DNA from: an uncultured Clostridia bacterium
GTDB taxonomy: Bacteria; Bacillota; Clostridia; TANB77; CAG-508
Assembly: GCA_947591055.1 (NCBI GenBank)
Contig: CANQCW010000001.1
Location: forward strand, 1,975 to 65,974
Direction: 5' to 3'
DNA length: 64,000 nt
Position 1 is the first letter of the stretch. Every line of letters begins with the position of its first letter. The notes below the pieces were generated by a model. It made no database searches, was not told where the DNA came from, and was given only the letters and a program-made list of their open reading frames with translations. This document shows, one piece after another, positions 29,701-37,576 of this stretch. A program made the position numbers and the translations under genes.

Positions 29701-31169
29701 CTAATACATTAATTAGAAATGTTAAAGATACAAAAGGTTTCTCTGCTAGTCTTAGCAGTAATATAGCATACAAAATGTTAGATACAGACACAGTTGAATA
29801 TTATATAAATGTAAAAAATGAATCAAAGAAAACAGCTACAGTAAGTATATATGATATATTACCAAGTGAATTAAAAATAAAAAGCTATACTGTTACAAAT
29901 GGAAATTCAGGATATACAAAAGAAGAATCTTCAGTAGCAGTTTCTGTTGATGAAGATGTAAAAGCAGGAGAAAATCTAAAAGTTACAATAGTTGCTAAGC
30001 CATATATATTAGATAGTGTAGGACAAATAAAAGAAATTGAACACAAAGTAAAATTATCTATTAATGGTATGAATTTTGATGTAAATAGTGTTAAACAACA
30101 AATTGAAGGAACTTCAAACTTTAATACTGTAGAAGCAGAAGGAAATGAAAATCAAGAAGAAAAAGAAGATATTTATTCAATTTCAGGAAAAATATGGTAT
30201 GACGAAAATGGAAATTCTGCTAAAGAAGAAAATGAAGCTGGTATGACAAAAGTTTTACTTAAACTATATAATGTAGATTCTCAAGAATATGTTAAAGATA
30301 GCGAAGGAAAAGATGTTGAAATATATTCAGATGATAATGGAAATTATGTATTTGAAAACTTAGAAAATGGAAGATATATTGTAATTGCTGACTATGATGG
30401 AAAAGTATATGAAGTTGCTAATTATCAATCAAGTGGTCTACCACAAAATGAAAATAATGACTTCATAGAATCTGAAAGCGAAGAATCTGATGAAAATAAT
30501 TCTAGTTTAGCAGCAACAAACATTATCACTGTAAATGGAGAAAATGTTTACAATATAGATTTAGGCTTAATAGATTCACAAAACTTTAATATGGTATTAA
30601 ATAATAAAATTTCTAAAATAAGTGTTGTAAAAGATGGAAAAACAACTAGTTATGATATAGCAAATGGAGAAAGTGTAAATGAGAAAAATCTAGAAAATGC
30701 TACTCTTATAATAGAATACTTATTAGAAATAAAAAATGAGGGTAATGTAGATGGATATGTTACAGAAATAGGAAGTAATATATCACAAGGTATGCAATTT
30801 GTTTCTGAATTAAATAAAGACTGGTATATAAATAATAAAGGAGAAGCTATAAATACTAGTCTAGCAAATAAATTGATAAAATCAGGAGAAACAGCAACAT
30901 TAAAATTAATTTTAACTAAAAAAGTAACAAACGATGAAACTTTAGAACTTACATCAGAAATTAGAAATACCTACAACAAGTATGGAATAGAAGAAGTATC
31001 AAAGACAAGTTTACAAGATAGCAAAGCAAAATCAGCAAGAATAATTATAAACGGAAGTAAAGATAATGAAATGATAAAAGTAGTAGTCATATCAATAAGC
31101 ATAGTAGCAATAATTTCATTAATAGGTTTTGGAGTATATAAAAAAATGAACAAATATTTTAAAAAATAA
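26757..31169 (+). CDS. Giant cell-surface protein A1 (1470 aa). Signal peptide, DUF11/CARDB-like repeats, a Cna-B (SdrD-B-like) domain, and a C-terminal TM anchor with no LPXTG.
   Basis: Signal MYKFSKKILSTVIACALVGSNAMPAIVYA. DUF11-like segments (GGEINYKLYITNHKSS.. and GQKYEYIIRATNTGRKEAVNVKI). Cna-B-like ISGKIWYDENGN..YNVDSQEYVKDSEGKDVEIYSDDNGNYVFENLENGRYIV. C-terminus VVVISISIVAIISLIGFGVYKKMNKYFKK. Confidence 0.8.
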   Translation: MYKFSKKILSTVIACALVGSNAMPAIVYATDEIYNDAKNAISNVSNTVSSGEAQSNELYQEVNSNVSEEAIQWEQNPEISISQELKRYLKYENKTLISFLISSGIKDNTIPLLEKTIQVYVPKIQDKEPSKIIVSGKDYTYENQILIIKNKYNDELSKDTHYSKEDIEKKLNWNSNDEILVTYIYDAQIEDSTLNLLAVVSGETIDERNFEAKTENTDYNVSEEVGNLLETTISTNEKVNKGYLYTNLFKVENKLETKFSSNYQINIGFTDLIDEIQVKENNVSDEVLTRKITVNKDEIVNILGENGEIKVLDSQNQELGVLKADNLELNIDSYGLKFVTSKPTSEGYINIKLDKVLNANKNYTLEEVQNKNEIEASIDVTGILQGNEVSNNHIENKIELVEPSSNANISISKNVLSTVVTNENVVITATLERNDISDALYKDPELLITLPSQITGIKLKDARLIYENELVPVSFQTLDNKIYLRLQGTQTEYSSLPNVDGTVVKIVADLTLDNLAANSDEKIVLQYTNRVRNEIKSVETPIKIVAPTGFITSNHGTVDQTVSSISNDEILLIKANDTEKGIALGGIVVSNLKENAKGLMILGRFPATETKTIDGNNDLNSTYTINTNTPISVEGIDADVYYSDNGSATYDLGNEQNGWSLEKKDTSKSYLIVSKSEVAPAQKILFSYNGIIPMNLDYENKAYTQFGVYYDNEAKEGVEKNLISSKLLSVETENVPVIKTEIIARNYISKDLIQNGGKIRNGQKYEYIIRATNTGRKEAVNVKITAKRPENTAFLVNTQNDTNVNDTYQDYSEELSKNIERINPGETVEFTCLVIASHVSGDSQGTFRAEVVAENMEGNSTASFENTLTEGSMELELGTESSASEIQIGGEINYKLYITNHKSSSIKNCRVNINIPKFIELQSYDGATFDEKTRTLSYSVDEINYFKSLDFKAKVIYSDEPNQEIALTAVGTFDGAEEEIKSNTLIRNVKDTKGFSASLSSNIAYKMLDTDTVEYYINVKNESKKTATVSIYDILPSELKIKSYTVTNGNSGYTKEESSVAVSVDEDVKAGENLKVTIVAKPYILDSVGQIKEIEHKVKLSINGMNFDVNSVKQQIEGTSNFNTVEAEGNENQEEKEDIYSISGKIWYDENGNSAKEENEAGMTKVLLKLYNVDSQEYVKDSEGKDVEIYSDDNGNYVFENLENGRYIVIADYDGKVYEVANYQSSGLPQNENNDFIESESEESDENNSSLAATNIITVNGENVYNIDLGLIDSQNFNMVLNNKISKISVVKDGKTTSYDIANGESVNEKNLENATLIIEYLLEIKNEGNVDGYVTEIGSNISQGMQFVSELNKDWYINNKGEAINTSLANKLIKSGETATLKLILTKKVTNDETLELTSEIRNTYNKYGIEEVSKTSLQDSKAKSARIIINGSKDNEMIKVVVISISIVAIISLIGFGVYKKMNKYFKK

Positions 31170-31224
31170 AATATACAAATTAACAATTAAAATGACAAAA
31201 CAAAAATCAATTGGAGGATAAGAT

Positions 31225-33234
31225 ATGCGAAAGAAAATCAAATTAATATTTTTAAGTCTGGGATTATCGATTGTATTAATTGCAGGGATAATTGAATTAG
31301 GAAAAATATTAAATGTGGTAAGTACGCAAGAAATGTCTCAAGGGTTTAAAGAAACAGTAGTATCAGCAGCTCCACAATGGCCTACGAAACATACAGAAGG
31401 TTCCTTGGGAGGAGCAAATTGTTCAACAATGTATAATTTTGCACCAGGATATTATTGTGCTAGACATGAGTGGGAAATTGCAAGACACATGAGCCATGAT
31501 TCATCGTCAGTTGTTATATCAGATCCAGCAGGTGGTGGTAGAGCACAGGAAATTACGTATGAATTTTTAAAAAAGACAGAAATGACTCAAAGTATAGCGT
31601 ATGCACAAAATTATGAAGTAGGTGGAAAAACTGATGACTGGACAATGCAACGTATAATATGGGGATCTTGGCAATTCAAAGCATATACTGGTGGAGATTG
31701 TGGTTTAGTTGAAGATGTAAAAGAAGATGGAACATGGACAACAGCATCAAATGGCATGATAGGTAGGTCTTATCAATTCGCAAATTTCGTATATAAAGCA
31801 TTAGATGAAGAAGGACACTTAGGATTAACATTTGAACCTGAAAAGGATGATGATGATAGTTTAAGAGTTTTAGTAGACCAAAAAGAACTAAAATACACAG
31901 TTGGACCATATGTACTAAATTTTAAAAATCAAGATGAAGGCTGTGTTGAAGGTACTGGAAATGAACTAATGAAAGACCTTGTTTATAATGAAATAATGGA
32001 AAGAAATCAAGGTTGGAGCGAAGAAAACAAATTCTGTACCGGAAAAGTAGAAGCGTTAATAACATATGAAGATGGAACTCATGAGTTAACAGAAGTTGGA
32101 GTAGAATTACTAGATGCTTCAGGAAATGTTATGGTAGATAAGTTCCCTAAATTCGGAGAAACATTTTATCTAAGATATAAAACAACATTAGACGAAGATA
32201 TAAGATATATAAGACCATCAATACAAATAAGCCACTTAAAGAAGATGACTGATAATGGTAGAGATTATGAAGTATGGACATATAGGTCAAAACATATCAA
32301 ATATAGCATGATAACTGATCAAGGAGATATCTTAATAACTTGTCTTTGGGATGCAATGAGAGCGTGTGGCTATTCTGGAGGATTTAACATTGACATGAGA
32401 GCAGAAGTTATTGGTGGACATTGGGAAATTCGAAGTTTAACTCATAAAAGAACAAAAATAATGTCTTACTTTGCACATCAATCTCCAGGATCATATATAA
32501 GTTCAGTAATAACTAACTTAATTGAATATTTAAAGAAAGATATCAAAGCCAGAGGTGAAAGCTGGGGCTTAGGAGATATGGATGTAACTTTGGATTGGGT
32601 TGGATGTTTTCATTGGTTAGGAAATTACTATGATGATCCTTCTTGTTTGATTGTAAGTAAAATAATTCGCAAAAAATGGAAAAGACAGTTAAAAGATTCA
32701 ACGACGGGAGAGTATACAAATGATTATGAATATCATGAAGAAAGATCGGATGATGGAAATTTTGTGGGTCCTACAGGAGAAGGATGGGAACTTGAAGAAG
32801 CTGAAAGTAAAGCTTGGGTAAGTAGTCCTCTACCAGGAATGGAGAACGTTGAGAGATATGTAACTGCAGGTTCGGAAGAAGGGGCTCATAGAGAATCACA
32901 ACAAGCAGTTCAAGACTGGATAGACAGCCAAGGAGATGGACTTACAGTAGCATTTAAAATTTTAAATTTGATAATTGATGAAGATATATTAGAAAGTCAA
33001 CCAAATGAGAAAATTGAAGATGTAGTACCACCAGAAGACTGGCATGAAGAAGAAATTACACTTAAAGAAATAACAGGAAACACAAACCCAAAAGAAGATG
33101 AAGAACTTGCTGATTCGTTGATTAAAGAAAGTACTGACTGGGCAGTTGAAAGAGCTGACCTGCCGGGTAAAGAGATAAATATGTACATGGGCCGGCAATG
33201 TATGGCAAGACATGCCGTCGACGAAGCTGGGTGA
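31225..33234 (+). CDS. Giant surface protein B1, N-terminal part (669 codons): signal/TM plus a Cys-containing N-domain. Joined to ORF 33212 by a +1 shift at 33193.
   Basis: MRKKIKLIFLSLGLSIVLIAG.. signal. It is homologous to the N-terminal ~400 aa of B2 (VLVDQKELKYTVGPYVLN vs VLVDQLDQTYTVGPYRID). The zero frame ends ..ADLPGKEINMYMG-CGG-QCMARHAVDEAG-stop. Confidence 0.75.
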   Translation: MRKKIKLIFLSLGLSIVLIAGIIELGKILNVVSTQEMSQGFKETVVSAAPQWPTKHTEGSLGGANCSTMYNFAPGYYCARHEWEIARHMSHDSSSVVISDPAGGGRAQEITYEFLKKTEMTQSIAYAQNYEVGGKTDDWTMQRIIWGSWQFKAYTGGDCGLVEDVKEDGTWTTASNGMIGRSYQFANFVYKALDEEGHLGLTFEPEKDDDDSLRVLVDQKELKYTVGPYVLNFKNQDEGCVEGTGNELMKDLVYNEIMERNQGWSEENKFCTGKVEALITYEDGTHELTEVGVELLDASGNVMVDKFPKFGETFYLRYKTTLDEDIRYIRPSIQISHLKKMTDNGRDYEVWTYRSKHIKYSMITDQGDILITCLWDAMRACGYSGGFNIDMRAEVIGGHWEIRSLTHKRTKIMSYFAHQSPGSYISSVITNLIEYLKKDIKARGESWGLGDMDVTLDWVGCFHWLGNYYDDPSCLIVSKIIRKKWKRQLKDSTTGEYTNDYEYHEERSDDGNFVGPTGEGWELEEAESKAWVSSPLPGMENVERYVTAGSEEGAHRESQQAVQDWIDSQGDGLTVAFKILNLIIDEDILESQPNEKIEDVVPPEDWHEEEITLKEITGNTNPKEDEELADSLIKESTDWAVERADLPGKEINMYMGRQCMARHAVDEAG

Positions 33235-36200
33235 TTTTACCGGAGTTAGGCAGTCTAATTCTCTGTCAATGGCTGGAATTCAAGTAGAATTATGGAACAA
33301 AACTAAAAACAAACTTGAAGCAACTACAACAACTGACAAGCAAGGTCAATATGGATTCCAGAAATTACATCCAATGTGCAAATACTACATTGTATTTACT
33401 TATGATGGTATGAGATATGAGTGTACTACTTATGCTAATAATTTAGCTGGTAAGTATTCTACTGCTCAAGAGAAAACGAGAACAGAGTTTAATGATAAAT
33501 TTGACCAAATTGGTTCAACACCTGACAACTATGAAGGAAAGAGAGCTTATGGTCTATATACGAAACTAGAAAATGGTTCTGGTGATTATATAGGATATTC
33601 AGGTGATGGTCCTAATGCAGGGGCATTTAGATACTATGATGCTTTAGAAAAATTTAAAGAAATAACAACTAATAAGATTGATTTTATATCTACTAAACGT
33701 AAAGATATGGACAAGACTTATTATGACAGAATTCATGACACAGATGGAAAAGGCTACAAAGACTATGAAGGAGAATTTAAAGGTGAAATTGGAGGCGTAG
33801 GAGTATCTGGAAAAGAAGCAGATGATGTTTGGCAATATATGACTGATACATTTATTAGCGCTGAAACTATACCTTATCCAGAACAAGATAAATTTGTTCT
33901 AGAAAATATAGATACTCTTCCAAGTAGTGGAAAAGAACTAGGATTTGAATTCTTATATATTAAAACTCGTGATCAAAGTAGAAATGTTGATTTCGGTCTT
34001 AAATTAAGAACAAATGCAGATTTATGGCTTTCTAAAGATTTATATAAAACAACACTTTTAGTAAATGGAAAGAGACAAGAATATTACTATGATAAAAAGA
34101 CATCTGAAACTGATTCAGAAGGTAACTGGTCTCTAGATTTAGACACAGGTATGTATGCATTTAGCAATGGATCTGATGCAAGCAACAGAGCTTCTAACTC
34201 AGATTATATTGGTGAGCCGTATGGTGGAACCGTATATAAGAGAGAAGTTCGTAAGTCAGAGTATTTGTATGATGGCTCTGATGCTGGTACTGTAGATATT
34301 AAAAACCTTCAAGTGTTTGTTACTTACAAGATTGCTATAAAGAATCAAGCACAAGATGTTTGGACTTCTGTTGATGAAATTGTAGACTACTATGATGGTG
34401 ATCAATATACTTATGATGCAAACAGTACAATTATAAAGGATAATACCTTCGTTGGAGATAAAAAGGGTAATAAATATAGTGATTTAAGCGTAAGCTTTAG
34501 TTCAAGATATGGTGGTTTTGAAGGAGGCTACAATATAAATGGATATAACAACTATAGTTCTTTATTCTTAACAAATGTAGTATCATATGAGTCAGGAAAT
34601 AGCAGATTAGCACCAGGTGAAATCACTTATGTATATATTACATTTAAAGTAAATAACGATGAATCTGGAAAAGTAAAACTAGACGAAGAAATGGAAGATC
34701 TTCTAATTTATGAAGATGGAAGTGCTGTACGTGAAACTGTAGGAAAGAGAAACATCGCAGAAATAAATGGATATTCAACATCATTTGACAGCAGTGGTTC
34801 AAATAAAGCTGGTGTAATTGACCTAGATTCAAATGCAGGAAGCTTAAGACCTAAAGATTTAGACGGAGATGGTAATATTATTTCTTCAAGCAATGCTGCA
34901 ACAAACAGACTTGAAGACGATACAGATAAAGCTGGAAACTTAAAGCTGAAGATAAACAAAAATCCAGATGAAATAAGAAGTTTCTCAGGATATGTATATG
35001 AAGATGCAAGAACAGAAGTATCAGATGGAGCTGTAATTGGAAATGGTAAATTTAACGAAGCAGATGTAGATTTTGAAGGAAACAGAGATAAGAAGATAAA
35101 TGGTATTACAATTCAATTAGTAGAATTAGTACAAGTAGTAGATGGAGAAGGATTTAGTACAGGAAATTATGAAAAAGAACGTATATGGTCTAGCTTCAAC
35201 TATGAAAAACACGGAAATACTTGGGACTTATCTGAGGATGGTTCAAGATACTACAGTGGTACAAATTTATCAAAAGTAATATTGTCTGGACAAGGTGTAT
35301 TTAAGGTAAGACCAGTTAGTCTACCACAAGGCAAAGGAGAATATAGAATTGACTCACTTCCACCAGGAGATTTCTTCATAAGATTTATTTATGGTGATAC
35401 AACTCAAACTGTATTAACAAATGTATCAGATGGTAGTGATGAAGTACAAAATTTATTTAATCAGTTAAATGATTCTCAAAAGAGTCAATTTGTACAAAGC
35501 AGTGGAAATGCAGGAGTTTTGGGAACTAGTGGATTAAATAGCAAAACATATACAGGACAAGATTATAAATCTACAATATATCAAAGAGGAGTAAATCAAA
35601 GCTCATCAGTCAACTTCCATACATTTGTAACTAAAAATGGAACAATTGCAGGAAATGGAATATTAGGATATACAGATACAACAAGACAAAACTATGGAAT
35701 TAGAAATCAAGATAGTAATCCTAATACAAACGAACAATTAACTGTTGAAGATAAACAAAAGATGTACAATTATAGTATTGCTGAAAGCAATATAGAAAGC
35801 ACTATATCAGATGCAAAAGATGTATATGCATATAGAGAAAGAGAAAAAGGCTATTCAATGGGAAGTTCATCATCAGTCTTGAGTGAAAATCAGCCAACTC
35901 TTAAAAACCATAGAGCAGAAGTATTAGCATCTGGAACAGAACTTGTAACAAAGACAACAATTGACTTAAATAATAATAAACTTGATACAGCTATAGGATA
36001 TCAAAAATCTGCTATTGAGGAGTTAATGGCAAATACTGCAATGGCTTCTCAAACAGGAATTATAGATTCAGAAATTGAATATGATAGAAAAACAACTTGG
36101 GTTTATGATCCTGATTCAAAACAATATATTCAAAATCTAGGATACCATATACAGGATATAAACTTAGGTTTAACAGAAAGACCAAGAGCACAACTTAATG

Positions 36201-37243
36201 TATCAAAAGAACTTACAAATATCCAAATTAAATTAGCAAACGGACAAATATTATTTGATGCACATCAATCAGTTGCAAATTTAATATATCAACAACATAG
36301 AAACTATAACGAAGATGAATATTATGCAAAAGTTGAAAATGGAGGAAATGTTGGATATAGATTAAGAGAAACACTAAGACAAGTTGTTGAAAGTAGACAA
36401 GAAGAGTTAGTACAAGCAACAATGGACGAAGAACTTATGAGTGGAGCTACAATTAGATTAACATACAAAATTAGTGTAAATAATATAGGTGAAGTAGATT
36501 ACTTAGATACAGATTTCTACTACTTAGGAAAAACAAGAGATAATTCAAAAGCTGAAACAAACTGGCAAAATGTTGTAAAAACAAGTGCTAAAAATGTATT
36601 AGATTATGTATCAAATGAAGTTAACTATGAAGAAAATTATCAAGATGATAAAACAAACTGGACAATAGTTACAACAGATATATTATTAGGAACAACAGAA
36701 GATAAGTCAAAAGCAGGAAATGCTGGCTATAACCCAGAAGATAATGACTATGTAAATGATTCATACAAAGGAAATCTAGAAACATACAATGTATTAATAG
36801 CAACTAATAAATTATCTGATTACTTGATACCAAGAGCAATAGACCCAGATAAAGAAAATTATTCAAACTCAAGAAGAGAAGTTGGCTTGATATTATCAAC
36901 ACTTCTATCTAATACAGTATCAAATAAAAACTTGATATTTACAAATATGGCAGAGCTAATAGAAGTACAAAATACATTTGGAAGAAGGATGCACCTATCA
37001 AGGGTTGGAAATCAATATGTACCATATCAATCAGAAAATAAAGAACAAGATGAATCAACATATTGGATAGAACCAAATGAACCTGATGAAGATAGTGCAC
37101 AAAAGGTTGTAATATTACCTCCTACTGGTGAAAATAAAAACATAAGTAGAGCAGTAGTACTAACAATTAGTGCATTAGCAATAATCATATTAGCAGTAAT
37201 ATTTATCAAGAAAAAAGTATTAAAATATAAAGACAAGAATTAA
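33212..37243 (+). CDS. Giant surface protein B1, C-terminal part (1343 codons): Cna-B-like domains and an LPPTG sortase sorting signal (true continuation begins at 33194 in this frame)
   Basis: The +1 frame from 33194 reads GNVWQD..MAGIQVELWNKTKNKLEATTTTDKQGQYGF (Cna-B). This aligns with B2 MELGGNVWVDLPG..MQVELFDENKNLV. C-terminus ILPPTGENKNISRAVVLTISALAIIILAVIFIKKK. Confidence 0.8.
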   Translation: MPSTKLGDFTGVRQSNSLSMAGIQVELWNKTKNKLEATTTTDKQGQYGFQKLHPMCKYYIVFTYDGMRYECTTYANNLAGKYSTAQEKTRTEFNDKFDQIGSTPDNYEGKRAYGLYTKLENGSGDYIGYSGDGPNAGAFRYYDALEKFKEITTNKIDFISTKRKDMDKTYYDRIHDTDGKGYKDYEGEFKGEIGGVGVSGKEADDVWQYMTDTFISAETIPYPEQDKFVLENIDTLPSSGKELGFEFLYIKTRDQSRNVDFGLKLRTNADLWLSKDLYKTTLLVNGKRQEYYYDKKTSETDSEGNWSLDLDTGMYAFSNGSDASNRASNSDYIGEPYGGTVYKREVRKSEYLYDGSDAGTVDIKNLQVFVTYKIAIKNQAQDVWTSVDEIVDYYDGDQYTYDANSTIIKDNTFVGDKKGNKYSDLSVSFSSRYGGFEGGYNINGYNNYSSLFLTNVVSYESGNSRLAPGEITYVYITFKVNNDESGKVKLDEEMEDLLIYEDGSAVRETVGKRNIAEINGYSTSFDSSGSNKAGVIDLDSNAGSLRPKDLDGDGNIISSSNAATNRLEDDTDKAGNLKLKINKNPDEIRSFSGYVYEDARTEVSDGAVIGNGKFNEADVDFEGNRDKKINGITIQLVELVQVVDGEGFSTGNYEKERIWSSFNYEKHGNTWDLSEDGSRYYSGTNLSKVILSGQGVFKVRPVSLPQGKGEYRIDSLPPGDFFIRFIYGDTTQTVLTNVSDGSDEVQNLFNQLNDSQKSQFVQSSGNAGVLGTSGLNSKTYTGQDYKSTIYQRGVNQSSSVNFHTFVTKNGTIAGNGILGYTDTTRQNYGIRNQDSNPNTNEQLTVEDKQKMYNYSIAESNIESTISDAKDVYAYREREKGYSMGSSSSVLSENQPTLKNHRAEVLASGTELVTKTTIDLNNNKLDTAIGYQKSAIEELMANTAMASQTGIIDSEIEYDRKTTWVYDPDSKQYIQNLGYHIQDINLGLTERPRAQLNVSKELTNIQIKLANGQILFDAHQSVANLIYQQHRNYNEDEYYAKVENGGNVGYRLRETLRQVVESRQEELVQATMDEELMSGATIRLTYKISVNNIGEVDYLDTDFYYLGKTRDNSKAETNWQNVVKTSAKNVLDYVSNEVNYEENYQDDKTNWTIVTTDILLGTTEDKSKAGNAGYNPEDNDYVNDSYKGNLETYNVLIATNKLSDYLIPRAIDPDKENYSNSRREVGLILSTLLSNTVSNKNLIFTNMAELIEVQNTFGRRMHLSRVGNQYVPYQSENKEQDESTYWIEPNEPDEDSAQKVVILPPTGENKNISRAVVLTISALAIIILAVIFIKKKVLKYKDKN

Positions 37244-37290
37244 AATATACAAAATAAATCCCTCAGCTTAGTATTGCAATATATTACAAA

Positions 37291-37326
37291 ACACCCTAAA
37301 TGTTAATATTTAGGGTGTATTTTTTA
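37291..37326 (+). terminator. Rho-independent terminator after B1
   Basis: ACACCCTAAAT-gttaat-ATTTAGGGTGT followed by ATTTTTTAT. Confidence 0.75.
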
Positions 37327-37510
37327 TGTTTTAATAAATTTTAACATTGTAACATAAATTTAATATTGAAAACCCTTTAAGTCCTTCCGTAGCAACATAA
37401 AGAAAGCTCTCAAAAAGGCATATTGCAAATTATTTTGCTCTAGAATACTATATATTATGATTAAATGGGCCAAAAAATACTAATTTACATAAAAAAATTC
37501 AAAAAAAAGC

Positions 37511-37539
37511 TTGAAATTAGAGCAAAACCATAGTATAAT
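37511..37539 (+). promoter_or_regulatory. Consensus sigma-A promoter TTGAAA-17-TATAAT for the A2-B2 module
   Basis: TTGAAA at 37511-37516, a 17-nt spacer, and TATAAT at 37534-37539. An AAGGAGG RBS at 37563-37569 precedes the ATG at 37577. Confidence 0.5.
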
Positions 37540-37576
37540 AAATATGTATGATTATGTTAATTTAAGGAGGATCAAA

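Noticed and set aside
19437-33244. Frameshifts as artefacts of a CCGG-specific (methylation-linked) base-calling error
   Set aside because: Only 2 of the 4 sites are CCGG; the contexts are ATTCGG, GCCGGA, GCCGGC and ATGCGG. At least 10 other CCGG sites (for example 19437, 20244, 21231, 22338, 22831, 23251, 32040, 33165, 33241) lie in frame-intact coding sequence. The common denominator is an in-frame CGG codon, not the CCGG tetramer. A different systematic artefact is kept as an alternative in finding 1.
33160-33250. GC-rich patch at the B1 split as a foreign insertion or IS remnant
   Set aside because: Translated in the two joined frames, it aligns residue-by-residue with paralog B2 (ADLGVKEISMELGGNVWVDLPG). 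It is native coding sequence, not an insertion.
37511-37576. ORF-track N-terminal extension of the A2 surface protein (start at 37511)
   Set aside because: Position 37511 is TTG and coincides with the -35 box of a consensus promoter. The signal peptide begins at the Met at 37577, which has a perfect AAGGAGG RBS.
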